Shown here: positions 14,901 through 26,860 of the stretch, piece by piece
Layout of the letters: every line of letters begins with the position of its first letter
Numbering within the stretch: the first letter of the stretch is position 1
NCBI RefSeq assembly: GCF_018977255.1
Contig: NW_024704742.1
Location: 114,392,001 to 114,456,000, forward strand
DNA length: 64,000 nt
Direction: 5' to 3'
From: Callorhinchus milii
Lineage: Eukaryota
Made by a program: the position numbers and the translations under genes
Notes under the pieces: generated by a model
Database searches by the model: none
The model's input: the letters and a program-made list of their open reading frames with translations, nothing else
What the model was told of the DNA's origin: nothing

Positions 14901-16299
14901 TACAATTTGAACCACTGATGTGTCCCTGCATCTTTGATCTCAAAAACAATCCAGACGAAAAATAAGCCTTTCCACTTCCAGAAGTCTAGTCTTGACCCAC
15001 TACAAAGTTTCTCATAAAGCAGATATTCCAACATTGACCATTGAATTGGGTTATTAAAACAAATAGTAATTTTACACAGACAATTTAATCACAACTCGGA
15101 AAGATACGTGGTCCATTAGTTAACTATTACAGGCTCTTTAAATACAAGTGCTTTTGTAGGTTTCTTCATCTTTCTGGAATTTCCATGTCTAGGTGGGATA
15201 CATGGAATTCTCAGTTTGGTTTGGATACTTCAAACCCAGCTGACCAAAAGGAAATCCACAGTTCCCTTTTCTTCCTTTTGAATGAAGAGAGTAGAGCTAC
15301 ATTTTGATGATCTCGCACCACCGGAATCCCGAAGTTCGGTCATGCAACAGTAGAATTAAAAACTCAAAAAGGCCCCATTGATTAAGCTCTCAAAATAAGA
15401 CGTTGTTCAGTTCAAAACGGCTTTCAACACATGCAGTTCATTTTTCCTTCCCATGACTTCAAAGATACCGGTTGCTGTCTAATTAGGATAGGATTTGGTT
15501 TTTCAATGATTGAATGCCACTTACAACAGCATGTGAGAAATATCAAAATAATACTGAATACTGAGCAATCTCCTCACTCTGAGGTAATTACCAACGTTCT
15601 TGGACACATTGCAATGTAAAATATACTCCCTCCTTCCCCATCCAAAATCTAAAAGAAATGGTCCTATAAATGCTCATGAAGTGCATAAAGTAGAATTCTC
15701 TCCTACTGATCGCATCACCTCAGCAAGATTAATCAGTTTGTTCACACTTTTCTGAACCAGAAATCAATATAAAAAGATTGACAAATCATTAAAAAATTGA
15801 TGGAAGATGTAAAAAATTATAGTGAATGTAAAAAGGTGGCCTAACACCCCAAAACATTAATAACTTATGGTGGCTCATTACTGTGCCATACTTCTGCCTG
15901 AGTGCCTCCTCAAAACAGCATATCATTAAAAGATAAAGATACCAAACTAAAACCAAGAAAATACTGAAAAGCAAATTTTGAAATATATTCCTGAATTGCA
16001 AACAAGACTAAAATATTGCACACAAAATGGCAAAAAGCCATACCAAATTTAAAATAATTCAGCATTAGATAAAACAAAAAATCCTAGACCCAACATATCT
16101 GGACAAAATGGAAAAAAAANCTAGGCTGAGCAGTGGACTAAATTACATTTCAAAACATACTAAAATAGTGCTGAGTATTGCATACGCTACCCAGATAACA
16201 TATTTTACTCTGAAATTCAGATGAAATATTAACTGGCAATCAAACTAAATAAATTCATGTAACTCAACTATTAAAGAAGGCAATGCAGTAGAACAAGAG

Positions 16300-16594
16300 G
16301 AAATAAATTTAGATTTGCAAAGGGCAATTTGAGGACAGATACCAGGAAGTGTTTCTTTATCCAGGGGATAATTCACGATTGGAACAGGTTGTCAGGAAGG
16401 GTGATTGAGGATGTTGGACTTATTTTAAAAGCACCTTGATGCTGTGATGGAAGGATGGTAGGATGGGTATTCTGAAAGAATGAGATCAGATAGGCTGACA
16501 CAACATGTGCATGTGACTGCCAGGATGGTGGAAAGTGAAGTGGGTGGACCTTGGTCTTCTTTCGCATAGCAAATTCTTATGTTCCTATGTTCTA
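16300..16594 (+). mobile_element. Old CR1 3' end
   Basis: Degraded ORF2 end (aggaagtgtttctttatccagggg...tggaacagg) and terminal ttcttatgttcctatgttcta repeat. Confidence 0.7.
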
Positions 16595-18018
16595 ATGAAC
16601 TTCAATTCAGCTAATCTTGTGATTTTGTGATCTTGACACAAACATATCAAGAAGACTAAAGTACAAAGCGTATCTCATAAAATTGGCAACATAACCTCTT
16701 TGTAGAAATAAACTAAAACGGGGAAGGGAAATGAACATCAGCCACAGTTTTCTTCTGCAATTCATGTTACAGCAGATATTATAAATGTAAAACTTTAATT
16801 GATGTTCAACCACAAACTTTAAGTAAAGGATGGAGGGAAAGGCAACTTTATTAATGATTCCTTAGCAGCAAATTAAACCTCAAAATTTGAAAAAAAAATC
16901 TAGTGTTGTACCTTTCTTTTGAAATGTAAATTATTTTGAAATTATTAGTCATCAGATATTTTCTTCAAGATACAATAACTTACCCTACTGTTGTTTCTTC
17001 AGTATTACAGTAATTGAAATATAAAATTGCTTTACTTCCTATTTTTTCACTGCTCCCTACTATGCACATTTCAGACCACTTCCACACTAAACTCATTTAC
17101 TGCATTACATTACATTCATTCCTTCAGAGCATGCAGCAGTTTTACACCATGCAAAATCCCCCATAATACAAAATTTTACATTGTCTCTATTTTTTAACTC
17201 TCAAAAAAAATCAATCAAGTTTCTGCACCAACAACATACACAATGGAGTTTAAATTTACCCAAGAACAAGTCACCTCATCCAGGTTTGATATTTCAAAAG
17301 GAATTGTTAAAAGGACCTCACTGAAAGATACTTAATTTATTCATCAATATGTTTGAATTAAAAAAAGATATACTTATTTATCATAACACAGCTGAGGCAG
17401 CTAAGTAACCAATTCTGAGACAAGTTGTCAAAGATTCAAAGCTTCAGCCCTTTCACACAAACATTTTTCGATAATGTATAATTCTCAGTGATTCTGGTGG
17501 TTCAAACACTTTGGAAACATTAGGGGTGGGGGAGGGAGGTGAGGTATGAGAGAATAAATTTCAATGAAAAAATTAGACACCTCCAATTTGTTTTACCTCA
17601 GAACAGCACAAACAGGAGCCATGGATCTATTTGCAAACTTAATCATACTACTTTTACAACCAATATAGATGAGAGATGGAGTGCGGTTACATTGGGTTCA
17701 AACAGCACTTTGCAGAAGGAAAAAGAAGATTTGGAAGTAAAAATCTTAAAATGTACTAATTCTTTACAATCATTTTTTTCTTCCACAACATGTCTGACAT
17801 TATAGTTGCAATGCTGAACTTCCTTATATTCCACTAGAGAATTCCAATAAACTGACAAATCCATTTTGCACTGTACATTCTAGTCAGAAACTTATATCCA
17901 ACAACTTTACTGAACAGAGATTTGAAGAGGGTCACAGTTATAAGTAACAGACTGAACATCTCAAGATCCTTTATAGAATGAAATAAAGTCGCAACTGAAG
18001 TTTTGATCTATTACTTAC

Positions 18019-18103
18019 ATAATCATGAAAGGCTTTTGCTTCACTTGAATGTTCACAAGTTTCCCTTCGTTCAGGTGCCGCACAATAGAGATCCCAAAAC
18101 ACA
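18019..18103 (-). CDS. SSBP2: SSBP2-like coding exon 4, (C)[28 protein letters not shown]
   Basis: tttatttcttacag|T GTG TTT TGG GAT CTC TAT TGT ... CAT GAT TAT|gtaagt; 85 nt. The four exons total 276 nt = 92 codons with no stop. The gene continues to the left; exon 5 (SAAAAPSPVLG...) was not found in 1-18018. Confidence 0.96.
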
Positions 18104-20227
18104 CTGTAAGAAATAAACTGTAATTAGTTTAAACATTCCACATTGCTCCCTATTTATTAAAAAAAACTACACTTTTATAAAGTTCTCTAAATTGAATTAG
18201 AAATAAATGAAATAAAAATATATTGCATACAAGTTGTTGAAAAATTATATTTGAACATTAGAGCAATTTAATCCTTTTAGCTGATGAGAAGTAGTAAGAT
18301 CTTTATAGATATTATTAAAACCTGCATTTTAACATTTGAAATATTTATGTTAATAATCATTAAAACTGGTGCATTTACCTAAATTCTTCACTGGCAAACC
18401 ATAACAATGAACACCACTTATAAAAACAGAGGGTAAAAATGCAATATCCATACAGATTCATCTTCTTAGTTTATCCTTCTCCTAAAGCAGTGAACTTTTT
18501 GCAAAATATTCTATATTTTCTTCAATTTTCTGGAATGAGTTCTTTAGAGAAGAGATGGATAGAAGTTAGAAGGCTATAACAGCAATCACAGTCTATCTCA
18601 TCTGAAACATTTAGTCTTGTCACCAAGTTGCAGCATTCTCTCTTATCCCCCTCCACCAATCCATTTGTGAGCTTTCCAATTTTTATTTAGGTATAAACAT
18701 TTGTGTCTTCCTTGAGCACTTCCATCCTCTTTTTTCCACTACCATAGCTACTTCAAGTTTTGTTTTGTTTGTTTTGATGAGTTGTCAGACTCCACCACTG
18801 TGAAGCACTCAGGGACGCTATCCTGCACGAAGGATGCTATATAAATGAGAGTAGTTATTGTTATCTCATAACATTGTAACACAATCAGCTGGATCTCATT
18901 CACTGATAACTGAAACCTAGTCAGAAAGGGAGTTTTAGTGAAACATAGTTCCACTGGGTTACACTACGTCTATGCAAGTTATACCTAGAATTGACACTGA
19001 TCTTTGAATCTTTCAATGAAAATACTGGGAACATTTCAAGAAAGCGGTTACTGTGTAAGGATTTTTTTTAAAAAAAGCACAGTCTAAGCATTAAAAACAA
19101 ATGATAAACAAAACACTTCAAACTATGCCAATCAGAGAATAAATAAAAACCTGATGAAAATAGGTTTCTATTTTAAGTTTTTCTTGTCACACAATCCGCT
19201 GAAATGCTCAAATGGCACACATATTCATAAAAGTGGGAATTTGAGTTTTAATCAGCAGATTGTGGATATCTTGGCACTGGGTTTTGAAATTAAATGTTTC
19301 AACATAATGCAAACAAAACCAATGTTTACTTAAAAGCTTCTCTCGGCATTGCCAGCATTTTCAGGGCCAAATTAAATGATTTAGATATATATAAATTAAT
19401 CCAGAAATCAATTGCTTAAATAGTAAATTAATTCTAAATGCTTGCAGCGTCAGGTAAAGGCCATTGCATTGCAACTGTATTATTACCATTGGCGTAGCAA
19501 TCCTCAACATTTAAATTGGATTTTCTTCCACATACCATGGGTAATATTTCAACCAATTATCACACATGGAGAATCATTTTGAGCATCAGATCACTGGTGT
19601 GCTCCACTCAAGTCCTAGCACAGGATATCCTTTAGGTTTTATAGTAGAACTGGATGCAAGATGGAAAGCACCAAAAGTTGACAGAAACTAATGGCTTTAG
19701 AGCAAAGGGTGAAAAACAATATATTATTGCCAATAATGATATTTGCATTTAATATAGCACCTTATCACTCCTCATCAACTTACAGAGGTGTGGTATCTCT
19801 GAGACGTCTCAAAGCGCTTCAAGGAATATATTGTAAAGTAAATTGACTATATTTTGCGGGCGAAATGATATGGCAACTTTTGTTTTGGAAGGAGATGTAA
19901 TAAATCCTTTGAACAATTTCTTAATAGTGGTTTTTATTTTTATGAAGAATGAGCTACATGGGAGAAACAAAGGATTCCAAGGAATTCCTTGGCAGCTGTA
20001 CCCACTGGTGAACTTAATGTCTTGGTCTTTTATTCCTCTCAAGATTTTTATTTTCTATCAAAGCTGAGTAGCATTCACTGGTCAAGGAAGCACCTAGATT
20101 ACTGGCACCTAGAATTCCACCCATACTGTTCCTGAACCAGCTACCGGATATGTGTGAGACTAGTACTATTTCACTATTCACTGATTTTCCTTCTCTGTCT
20201 CTGACAAGCACATCATTCTCTACTTTA

Positions 20228-20500
20228 TAATAATCCTTGCATTTGATATAACACCTTATCACATCTTCGAGACATCTCAAGGCACTTCACAGAAGATATT
20301 GTAAAGTGAATTGACTGTATATTTTGTGGGTGAAAATATTGGCGAAATGTAGCAGCCAATTGAAGGGATTATTACCACCAGAAAAACAATCTGCCAATCG
20401 ACTAACAACCGGGTTCCTAGTTACTGCTTGGTAAACAGAGGCGTGTGGAGTAAGGAAATTTGCCTAATGTTTCACCGTACCCGTGGATCGAACCCAGCGC
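20228..20500 (-). mobile_element. tRNA-SINE variant with the same tail and a different middle segment
   Basis: Tail aataatccttgcatttgata...; the middle segment is shared in reverse with 29340-29640; B-box-like ggatcgaaccc at about 20490. Confidence 0.75.
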
Positions 20501-21218
20501 TTTTACATTTATAGGACTTACTATACACCCTTAGAAGTAGGCAAGCTGAGTAACTCCTTGTTGTTCTTATCTTAATAGACTTAAGATGCTGCATAATATT
20601 AATGTGCACATAGAAACAGGAAGGATGCCACCAGATAGTTCACGCCACTAGAAAGACTGATAGTGAACATCTTTGATCCTGAAGCTCTGATGGGATTCAT
20701 TAAGGGCAACATTGGCATTCCCCTCTTCCATCTGTATAACGTTTCCTTTGGAAACTACTGTTTGCGACAGGAATGTTTCTGGTGCAAGCCATGTTTTGGC
20801 ATAAGTAAACAGGCTTAAACAGGCTATAGAAACCCTTTACTCTCCATTTGATATCATAGCACGGGACTTGCTCTGCTTTCCAAAGTTTAGAATTGCCTTA
20901 AAACTCCATATTCCTGCATTCAAAAAAGGAATCTTAATTCTTGTTGACCTGTTCTCCCTGACTGCTGGTCATTTTAATTTATAGATGGGTTCTATGCCCT
21001 ATTCTCATATTCTTCTAGAAGTCAGCTCAGTTCCTCATCAACTTACAGAGGTGTGGTATCTCTGAATACAAGCCAATATTATTTTGCTGCTTTTTTCTGG
21101 CATGAACTGCAAGTTACCATCCAAAACAATCACAACATGATACAAAAAACGATTTCCTGAAATAACCTGGTTGTCTAATTTCAGGACATACTTACAGAAT
21201 ATGTAGCGGAGTCACGAA

Positions 21219-22359
21219 CTGGGCCAATAGAAGTGTGGTTGCAATTTTTCCACAGAATCCACTACAAACAATTTTGTCAGCTATAAACACTCCCTCCACT
21301 ATAAATAATATCCTCCCCTACACCTGTAATAACACAGTGTGCTCGGCCCCGGGCCTTTGTGCGCTCCTGCCGGCTGTTCACTCGACATCGTTACTGTGGA
21401 CGGAATGGCTCCAGACATGCATGCGTGGTGCAGTGCGAGCGGGAAATGGGCTGTAATCATCTCGAGGCTCCACTGGTGAAACTGTCTGTGCGTGTGTGTC
21501 CCTCTGTGTCTGTGAGTGTGTGTGTGAGTGGCTCTCTCTCTCTCCTGTGTCTGTGAATGTGTGTGTTTCCCTCTGTCTGTGAATGTGTGTCTCTTTGTCT
21601 ATGAGTGTATGTGTGTGTCTCTGTGTCTGTGAGTGTGTCTGTGTGTGTATGTCTTTCTCTCTCTCTCTCACTCGCTCTGTGTCTGTGAATGTGTGTGTTT
21701 CTCTCTGTCTGTGAATGTGTGTCTCTTTGTCTATGAGTGTATGCGTGTGTCTCTGTGTTTGTGAGTGTGTCTGTGTGTGTATGTATGTATGTCTTTCTCT
21801 CTCTCTCACTCACTCTGTGTCTGTGAATGTGTGTGTTTCTCTCTGTCTGTGAATGTGTGTGTCTCTGTGTCTGTGAGGATGTGTGTGTTTCTGTGTACCT
21901 CTCTCTGTGTCTGTGGTTGTGTGTGTCTCTCTCCGTGTCTGTACGCGGTAGAGGGCACCAAGAGGCAAGAGGAAGTGGTGACCTCCTGGAGCCCACAGTG
22001 AGGATACTGGTGAGCTTGGCAAAAAATGCTGGTGTTTGGCAGATCGCCAGGCCTTCAAATATAGTGTGGGTGGAAACGGACCATTCAGCCCTTCGAGCCT
22101 GTGCTAGTGCCCCTCCGCCCCCCACCGGAGTGGGCTACCCACATTTTGCCAAAGAAAGCATTAATAATATTATTTTTGCAACAATCTAATGTGCGTTATT
22201 TCTTTGCGGTTAGTCTTTATCAATTAGGTGAAAAAATGTAGGTCGGCAGTAAAATATACCTCTCAAAAGCACCAATCATCTCCCTGCAATTTTCCACAAG
22301 ATTTGGCAAATTTCTCCACATTTTTTGGCAAGTATTACTGCGATTTTCTATTGGCACTG
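21219..22359. mobile_element. Putative non-autonomous hAT-like DNA transposon carrying a tandem array
   Basis: 14-bp terminal inverted repeats CTGGGCCAATAGAA / TTCTATTGGCACTG (12/14); 8-bp flanks gtcacgaa / gccatgag differ only by three transitions. Confidence 0.55.
21483..21942. repeat. Higher-order tandem array (about 130-140-bp unit, roughly 2.5-3 copies) built from GT/CT microsatellites
   Basis: The block ctgtgtctgtgaatgtgtgtgttt.y.ctctgtctgtgaatgtgtgt recurs at about 21545, 21677 and 21815. Confidence 0.85.
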
Positions 22360-22664
22360 GCCATGAGCCAAGAGGCCACTGAAGGCTACATTTCACTTGT
22401 TGGGAGAGGGAAAATTCGAATGCCCTTGTTAAAAACAAAACATAAGTGGAACTTTAATTTCTAGATCTCTGCAGGCTGGATTTTTCTGTTTTGGTTGCAA
22501 ATTTGTAAATTGATAGCGTGATAGCCTTTAAAATTGTAAAATGGGGTATAAAGGGATACGGGTGGAGATTCTAATACAGCAGTAATATGCAGTCGGTTAC
22601 ACCCTCCATTTTTGAAAACCTGATTTTTGTGCAAAATGTTTCTGTCTGAGCAGCTCCTGCCTTA

Positions 22665-22735
22665 CTGCCAGCGCCTTGGGACGTCCTCCCGACGTGAAAG
22701 GCGCTCTATAAATGTAATTTTGTTGTTGTTGTTGT
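22665..22735 (+). mobile_element. Very short L2 3'-tail insertion (representative; others near 23700-23838, 32076-32140, 40650-40700, 40822-40890, 47390-47485, 48390-48495, 57413-57472)
   Basis: cagcgccttgggacgtcctcccgacgtgaaaggcgctctataaatgtaattttgttgttgttg matches the terminus of the longer L2 copies. Confidence 0.88.
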
Positions 22736-24063
22736 GTTCCACAGTTGAGCAATGTATATAGTGATGCCTTATAAATGTGGGAGTCAGTCATTCTAGTTAA
22801 TCAGTTTGACACAGAAACCTGGTACACACATGTATTCTTTCCTGTAGAAATAGAGAAGCTGCTGGGTGCCTAGAAATTGATAGATGTTGTGACTATCATA
22901 ATCACAAGTAGACTGTTGAACTGTTGGAATGTGCAAGGAGGGCTTCCTGTAGAAAGTATCATAAAAAGTGGCACAGATCTGTCAATGCTTCTCTTAGAAG
23001 CCTCAATCTTCAGAGTCACTGCTCTCCTGACATGTCAAGGTACAAGTCTATATTATCGTACATCCCGTGAGCTGGCTACAGTCTCGTACTAGATCTTCTG
23101 AAAAAGCAGTATTCTCCCTGAAGTCTCTCCTCCTCAAACCTTCTGAAGTCACTCCTCCTCTTACATGGTTAGTTTAATTCCCATGATCAGGATAAGGCAA
23201 GCAGGATGATGACAATACAGGGGCATCAGATGAACAAGGATTTCACAGAGGCAAACTCCTATCGTCAAAGACAAATGTCAGCTACATATGAGGAACTGAT
23301 GGTTATATTTTTCATGTTAAAATCTTTCTTCATACGTAATTGATGCCTGTACTGCAATACTAATAATTATTTTATAGTCTGTGCTACTAGCACTGTGCCA
23401 GCAGATGCCAATTGAAACAGGCTTGTAACTATAGGACAATACTGAGATTTGGGTAGCAAATACAAAAGTTGTATTTCAACATTGCTACCATTACCATCTC
23501 ATAAGGCAATGCAAGACTAGATGTAGTTCATTTTAGTTAATAGTATAACTAAAATTTCCACAATTCAAAAATACAAATAGATATATTGCCAACAATATGT
23601 GCAAACAACTCAATGGGAAAGTATGCAATACAATGTATTTTACAATTTTACAATATAACTTTCTCTTCAACCGTGCCTTCACCTCCCCTCTCGACTCTCT
23701 ACCCCCTCCTCGCTCCTTCCCTTCTCTCCCCTCACCCTGACTATTTCCCCCCTGCTCAGGTCCCAACCCAACTGTCCAGCGCCTTAGGACGTCCTCCCGA
23801 CGTGAAAGGCGCTCTATAAATGCAATCTTGTTGTTGTAATGTAGTCATCAGGAAACACCACTTTCAAACTGTTTGTATGATGTATACAATTCTTATGAAA
23901 CAAAAGTGCAGCTTCCAAACATTTGTCATTTATTACTCAACAATATTAATTTTATTTTTCAAATATAGTTTAAACTTTTTCTAACATTAACAACTTTATA
24001 TTCTAAAGGTTATTTCTTAGGACACAAAGCATTAGAGCCCCTGGATTATTAAAGTAAACTTAC

Positions 24064-24125
24064 CACCACCATGAATGTAAGAATCCTGGTGGTTCTCCTA
24101 ATGTTATGTTTTTCTCCCATCGTAT
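24064..24125 (-). CDS. SSBP2: SSBP2-like coding exon 3, IRWEKNITLGEPPGFLHSWW(C)
   Basis: tttatcttttag|ATA CGA TGG GAG AAA ... TCA TGG TGG TG|gtaagt; 62 nt; in frame with exon 2. Confidence 0.96.
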
Positions 24126-24223
24126 CTAAAAGATAAACAAAGGTTACAACATTTCATTATTTTGTGTATATAAGGTCTAATAAATTGAAGCCTTTTATAT
24201 ATCCAACCACCCAACTAAGCACT

Positions 24224-24606
24224 AATAATACTTGATGTACTGTAAAGTGGATTGACTGCATTTTGTGGGAGAAACACAGCAGCCAGTTTCGCACAGCAAT
24301 TCCCCACAAACAGCCATGGAGTGAATGATTAATTTTATTTGGGGGATTTGTGGCCAAGATACCAGGAGAAACTCCCTCCTCTTTTCAAATAACGCCATCA
24401 GATATTTTGCATCCACCTGATCAGAGAGGTGGGATCTCAGTTTAATATCTAATCTAAAGGACAGCACCTCCGACAATGCAACATACCTTAGCACTGCATT
24501 GGAATGTCATCTTAGACTATGTGATTCCAAGTCCTGACATGGGGCTTGAACCCACAGCCTTCTGACTCAAGAGACGAGAATGCTACCACTGAGCCAGGCT
24601 GATACA
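24224..24606 (-). mobile_element. Deu-domain tRNA-SINE (SacSINE1/AmnSINE1-like) inside the 886-bp SSBP2 intron 2
   Basis: Minus strand shows a tRNA head (ggctcagtggtagc...gggttcaagcccc), a Deu core (ggtgctgtcc...aaactgagatccc...caggtggatg...atggcg...aggagggagtttctcctgg) and a tail. Confidence 0.85.
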
Positions 24607-25011
24607 CTAAGCAATTAAAGAGCATGTGGCTTATACCACATTTACACAACAGATGTAAATCCAGATTGGTTGTGAATTTACAGCTGTCTCTATTAAAAAT
24701 ACCATATATTCAGTGCAGATTTGTTTACTTCAGCTTTACTTTGGAGCAAAATACACCCATTTCCTGATGGCAGTTTTAAATTGGCTTTGAGGTAAATGCA
24801 TGCAAATTAGCTTCTATAAACAACCCAATTTCATGCAACCTCACTATACAACACAGTGCGCATAATAGAATATAGCCAGGCCTCTGTAATAACTCGGAGA
24901 GAATGTGTAATATAAACTTTGTTGCATCCCAATACCAAAACATTTGCATGTAATGTAGAACCTGAAAGTTCATAGCTCATATAACCAAAATTACACCAGA
25001 AAACCGCTCAC

Positions 25012-25084
25012 CTCTGATAAAAATGTTTGTGCTGATTTCTGTGCTCCTACATGGAGTAGATATTCATATACATACAGTGCTAAC
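25012..25084 (-). CDS. SSBP2: SSBP2-like coding exon 2, (K)[24 protein letters not shown] (LisH motif)
   Basis: tttatattgcag|G TTA GCA CTG TAT GTA TAT GAA ... TTA TCA GAG|gtgagc; 73 nt; matches the vertebrate SSDP LUFS sequence. Confidence 0.96.
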
Positions 25085-26194
25085 CTGCAATATAAACACA
25101 AGAACATTTTTTTAAACATTGTTTTGTTAATTTAGGAAAATGGAATTCCAAAGTTATAAATGTACATACTACTATACTGCATTCTGTAAGTCGATACTTC
25201 AATCATATACTTCAAATTTAATCTTCCAGTGCAAAAATAATGCAGATAAGTATTAATTTATAACTCCAAGTTAAAATATGAATAATGGAATTGTGCTTTG
25301 TATTAAAAACACTTTTCTGTGAAGAAGACAGTTCCTAAGAATGTCACATTTATTCTAGGATTCACTGAACAATTGCATTCATGAAAGAACTTTACCATTT
25401 TCCTCAGAAATCTTCATTATAAAATTATACCACACAGTATATAGCTCCGATATTCAAAAGCAAAAGACAGAACAGAATGCTTTCACTGTAAGATTTAGAA
25501 TTAAACCGAGACCAGACTGACAGAAGGGAAAATCCATTGTCTTACGTGAAAATTTGATACAACTTCAGCCCAGTTCTCAGTGGTCATAAAGTATAAATTG
25601 TTCTTAATTTGGCACTGAATGAATAATCTTATCCAGAGGTAAAGAAAAATCTGATGAAGTTGGGGATGCTCTTCTGAAATTGGGGTAAAATAAAGAAGTT
25701 TCAGTATTCATTTGCTGAGCTAAGCTGACATGAGTAGCCCATAATTGGGCATTTTTCCCAGCATTAACATTCACCATGCTGAGCATGTAATTCACATAAT
25801 TTTCTTTACAGGGAGTCACCCAGCATACCCCAGCAGTTAGGTCTAAATCATTCTAATGCTTTGAAGAATGCTCTCTCTCACTGACTAATGAAGCATCTAT
25901 TATTTTAAGAAACTTGTCAAAAATGTTGGACCAAAGATTAGGAAAACTATTGGGATACATATTTTCATTCATAAAAGATAACTGAGTACACACAAGCAAA
26001 GATAACTGTAAAGTTTTAAAAAATTAAAGTGTGCTCTCCCAGTTTGGGATGGATTGTACTGAACCACTGCAGTCAAAGGTCTGCAGAGAAACCATCAGTT
26101 CACAGTAACTCCCTATCAATTTCAAAGGTAAATTATCCACTGCATGAAATCAAGGTACATGTTAGCACAACTATATAATATATATATTATATAT

Positions 26195-26398
26195 ATTACA
26201 TCTGAAGGAGACTTGTATGCCTGGAAGCAAATTTAGGGCTCGGGTGGAGTTCCATAGGATTGTTGAGAAATGCATTTGCTTCCAAATGGGTTAAATTTCA
26301 ACCCTGATGTGATATATTTATATGTATATGTAACCCTATGGAACTCCACCTGAGCCCTAAATTTGCTTCCAGGCACAGAAGTCTCCTTCAAATGTAAT
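26195..26398. repeat. Long inverted repeat, 66-bp arms and 72-bp spacer
   Basis: 26195-26260 is the reverse complement of 26333-26398 with about 5 mismatches. Confidence 0.92.
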
Positions 26399-26629
26399 CC
26401 AGCTTTACAGGATTCAAATCTGAGGTACGTATCTGAGCAGAGGCCTGGCCTGAGACATCTGCAAATTGGCAGGATTAGCTATTCACACATTTTTCTGTGA
26501 ATCTTCCAAATTTCATCCTTGTCTTTACAACAGACTAGGGTAAACCATTAATACAGATTACATTGTGCGCTTGAACGGTACAGATTACCTGTAACATACA
26601 TGAAAGCAAGCACATTAAGTAATCCTCTA

Positions 26630-26860
26630 CGGAAATGTAGCGGCCAATTTGTGTACAACAATGTCCCACAAGCATCCATGAAGTGAATGAGAAATTTTAT
26701 ATGGGGGATTGTTGGCCAGGACACCAGGAGAAACTCCCTTCTCTTTTTAAATAATGCAAAGGGATCTTTAACCTCTACCTGAACAGGCAGATGGGACCTC
26801 AGTTTCATGGCTCATCTGAAGAATCGCATCTCCAACAATGCAGATGCACTGGCACTGCAC
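26630..26860 (-). mobile_element. Deu-SINE internal fragment
   Basis: Matches the core of 24224-24606. Confidence 0.8.

Noticed and set aside
16120..16120. Single n bases here and at 58693
   Set aside because: Both follow poly-A runs; sequencing or assembly ambiguity, not biology.
21047..21061. Possible 15-nt poison micro-exon in intron 3 (ttcag|AGATACCACACCTCT|gtaagt; would create TGA with exon 3)
   Set aside because: Weak acceptor, such motifs arise often by chance, and there is no transcript evidence.
21378..22189. Long His/Thr/Arg- or Cys/Val-rich ORFs (up to 222 aa)
   Set aside because: Translations of GT/CT microsatellite arrays.
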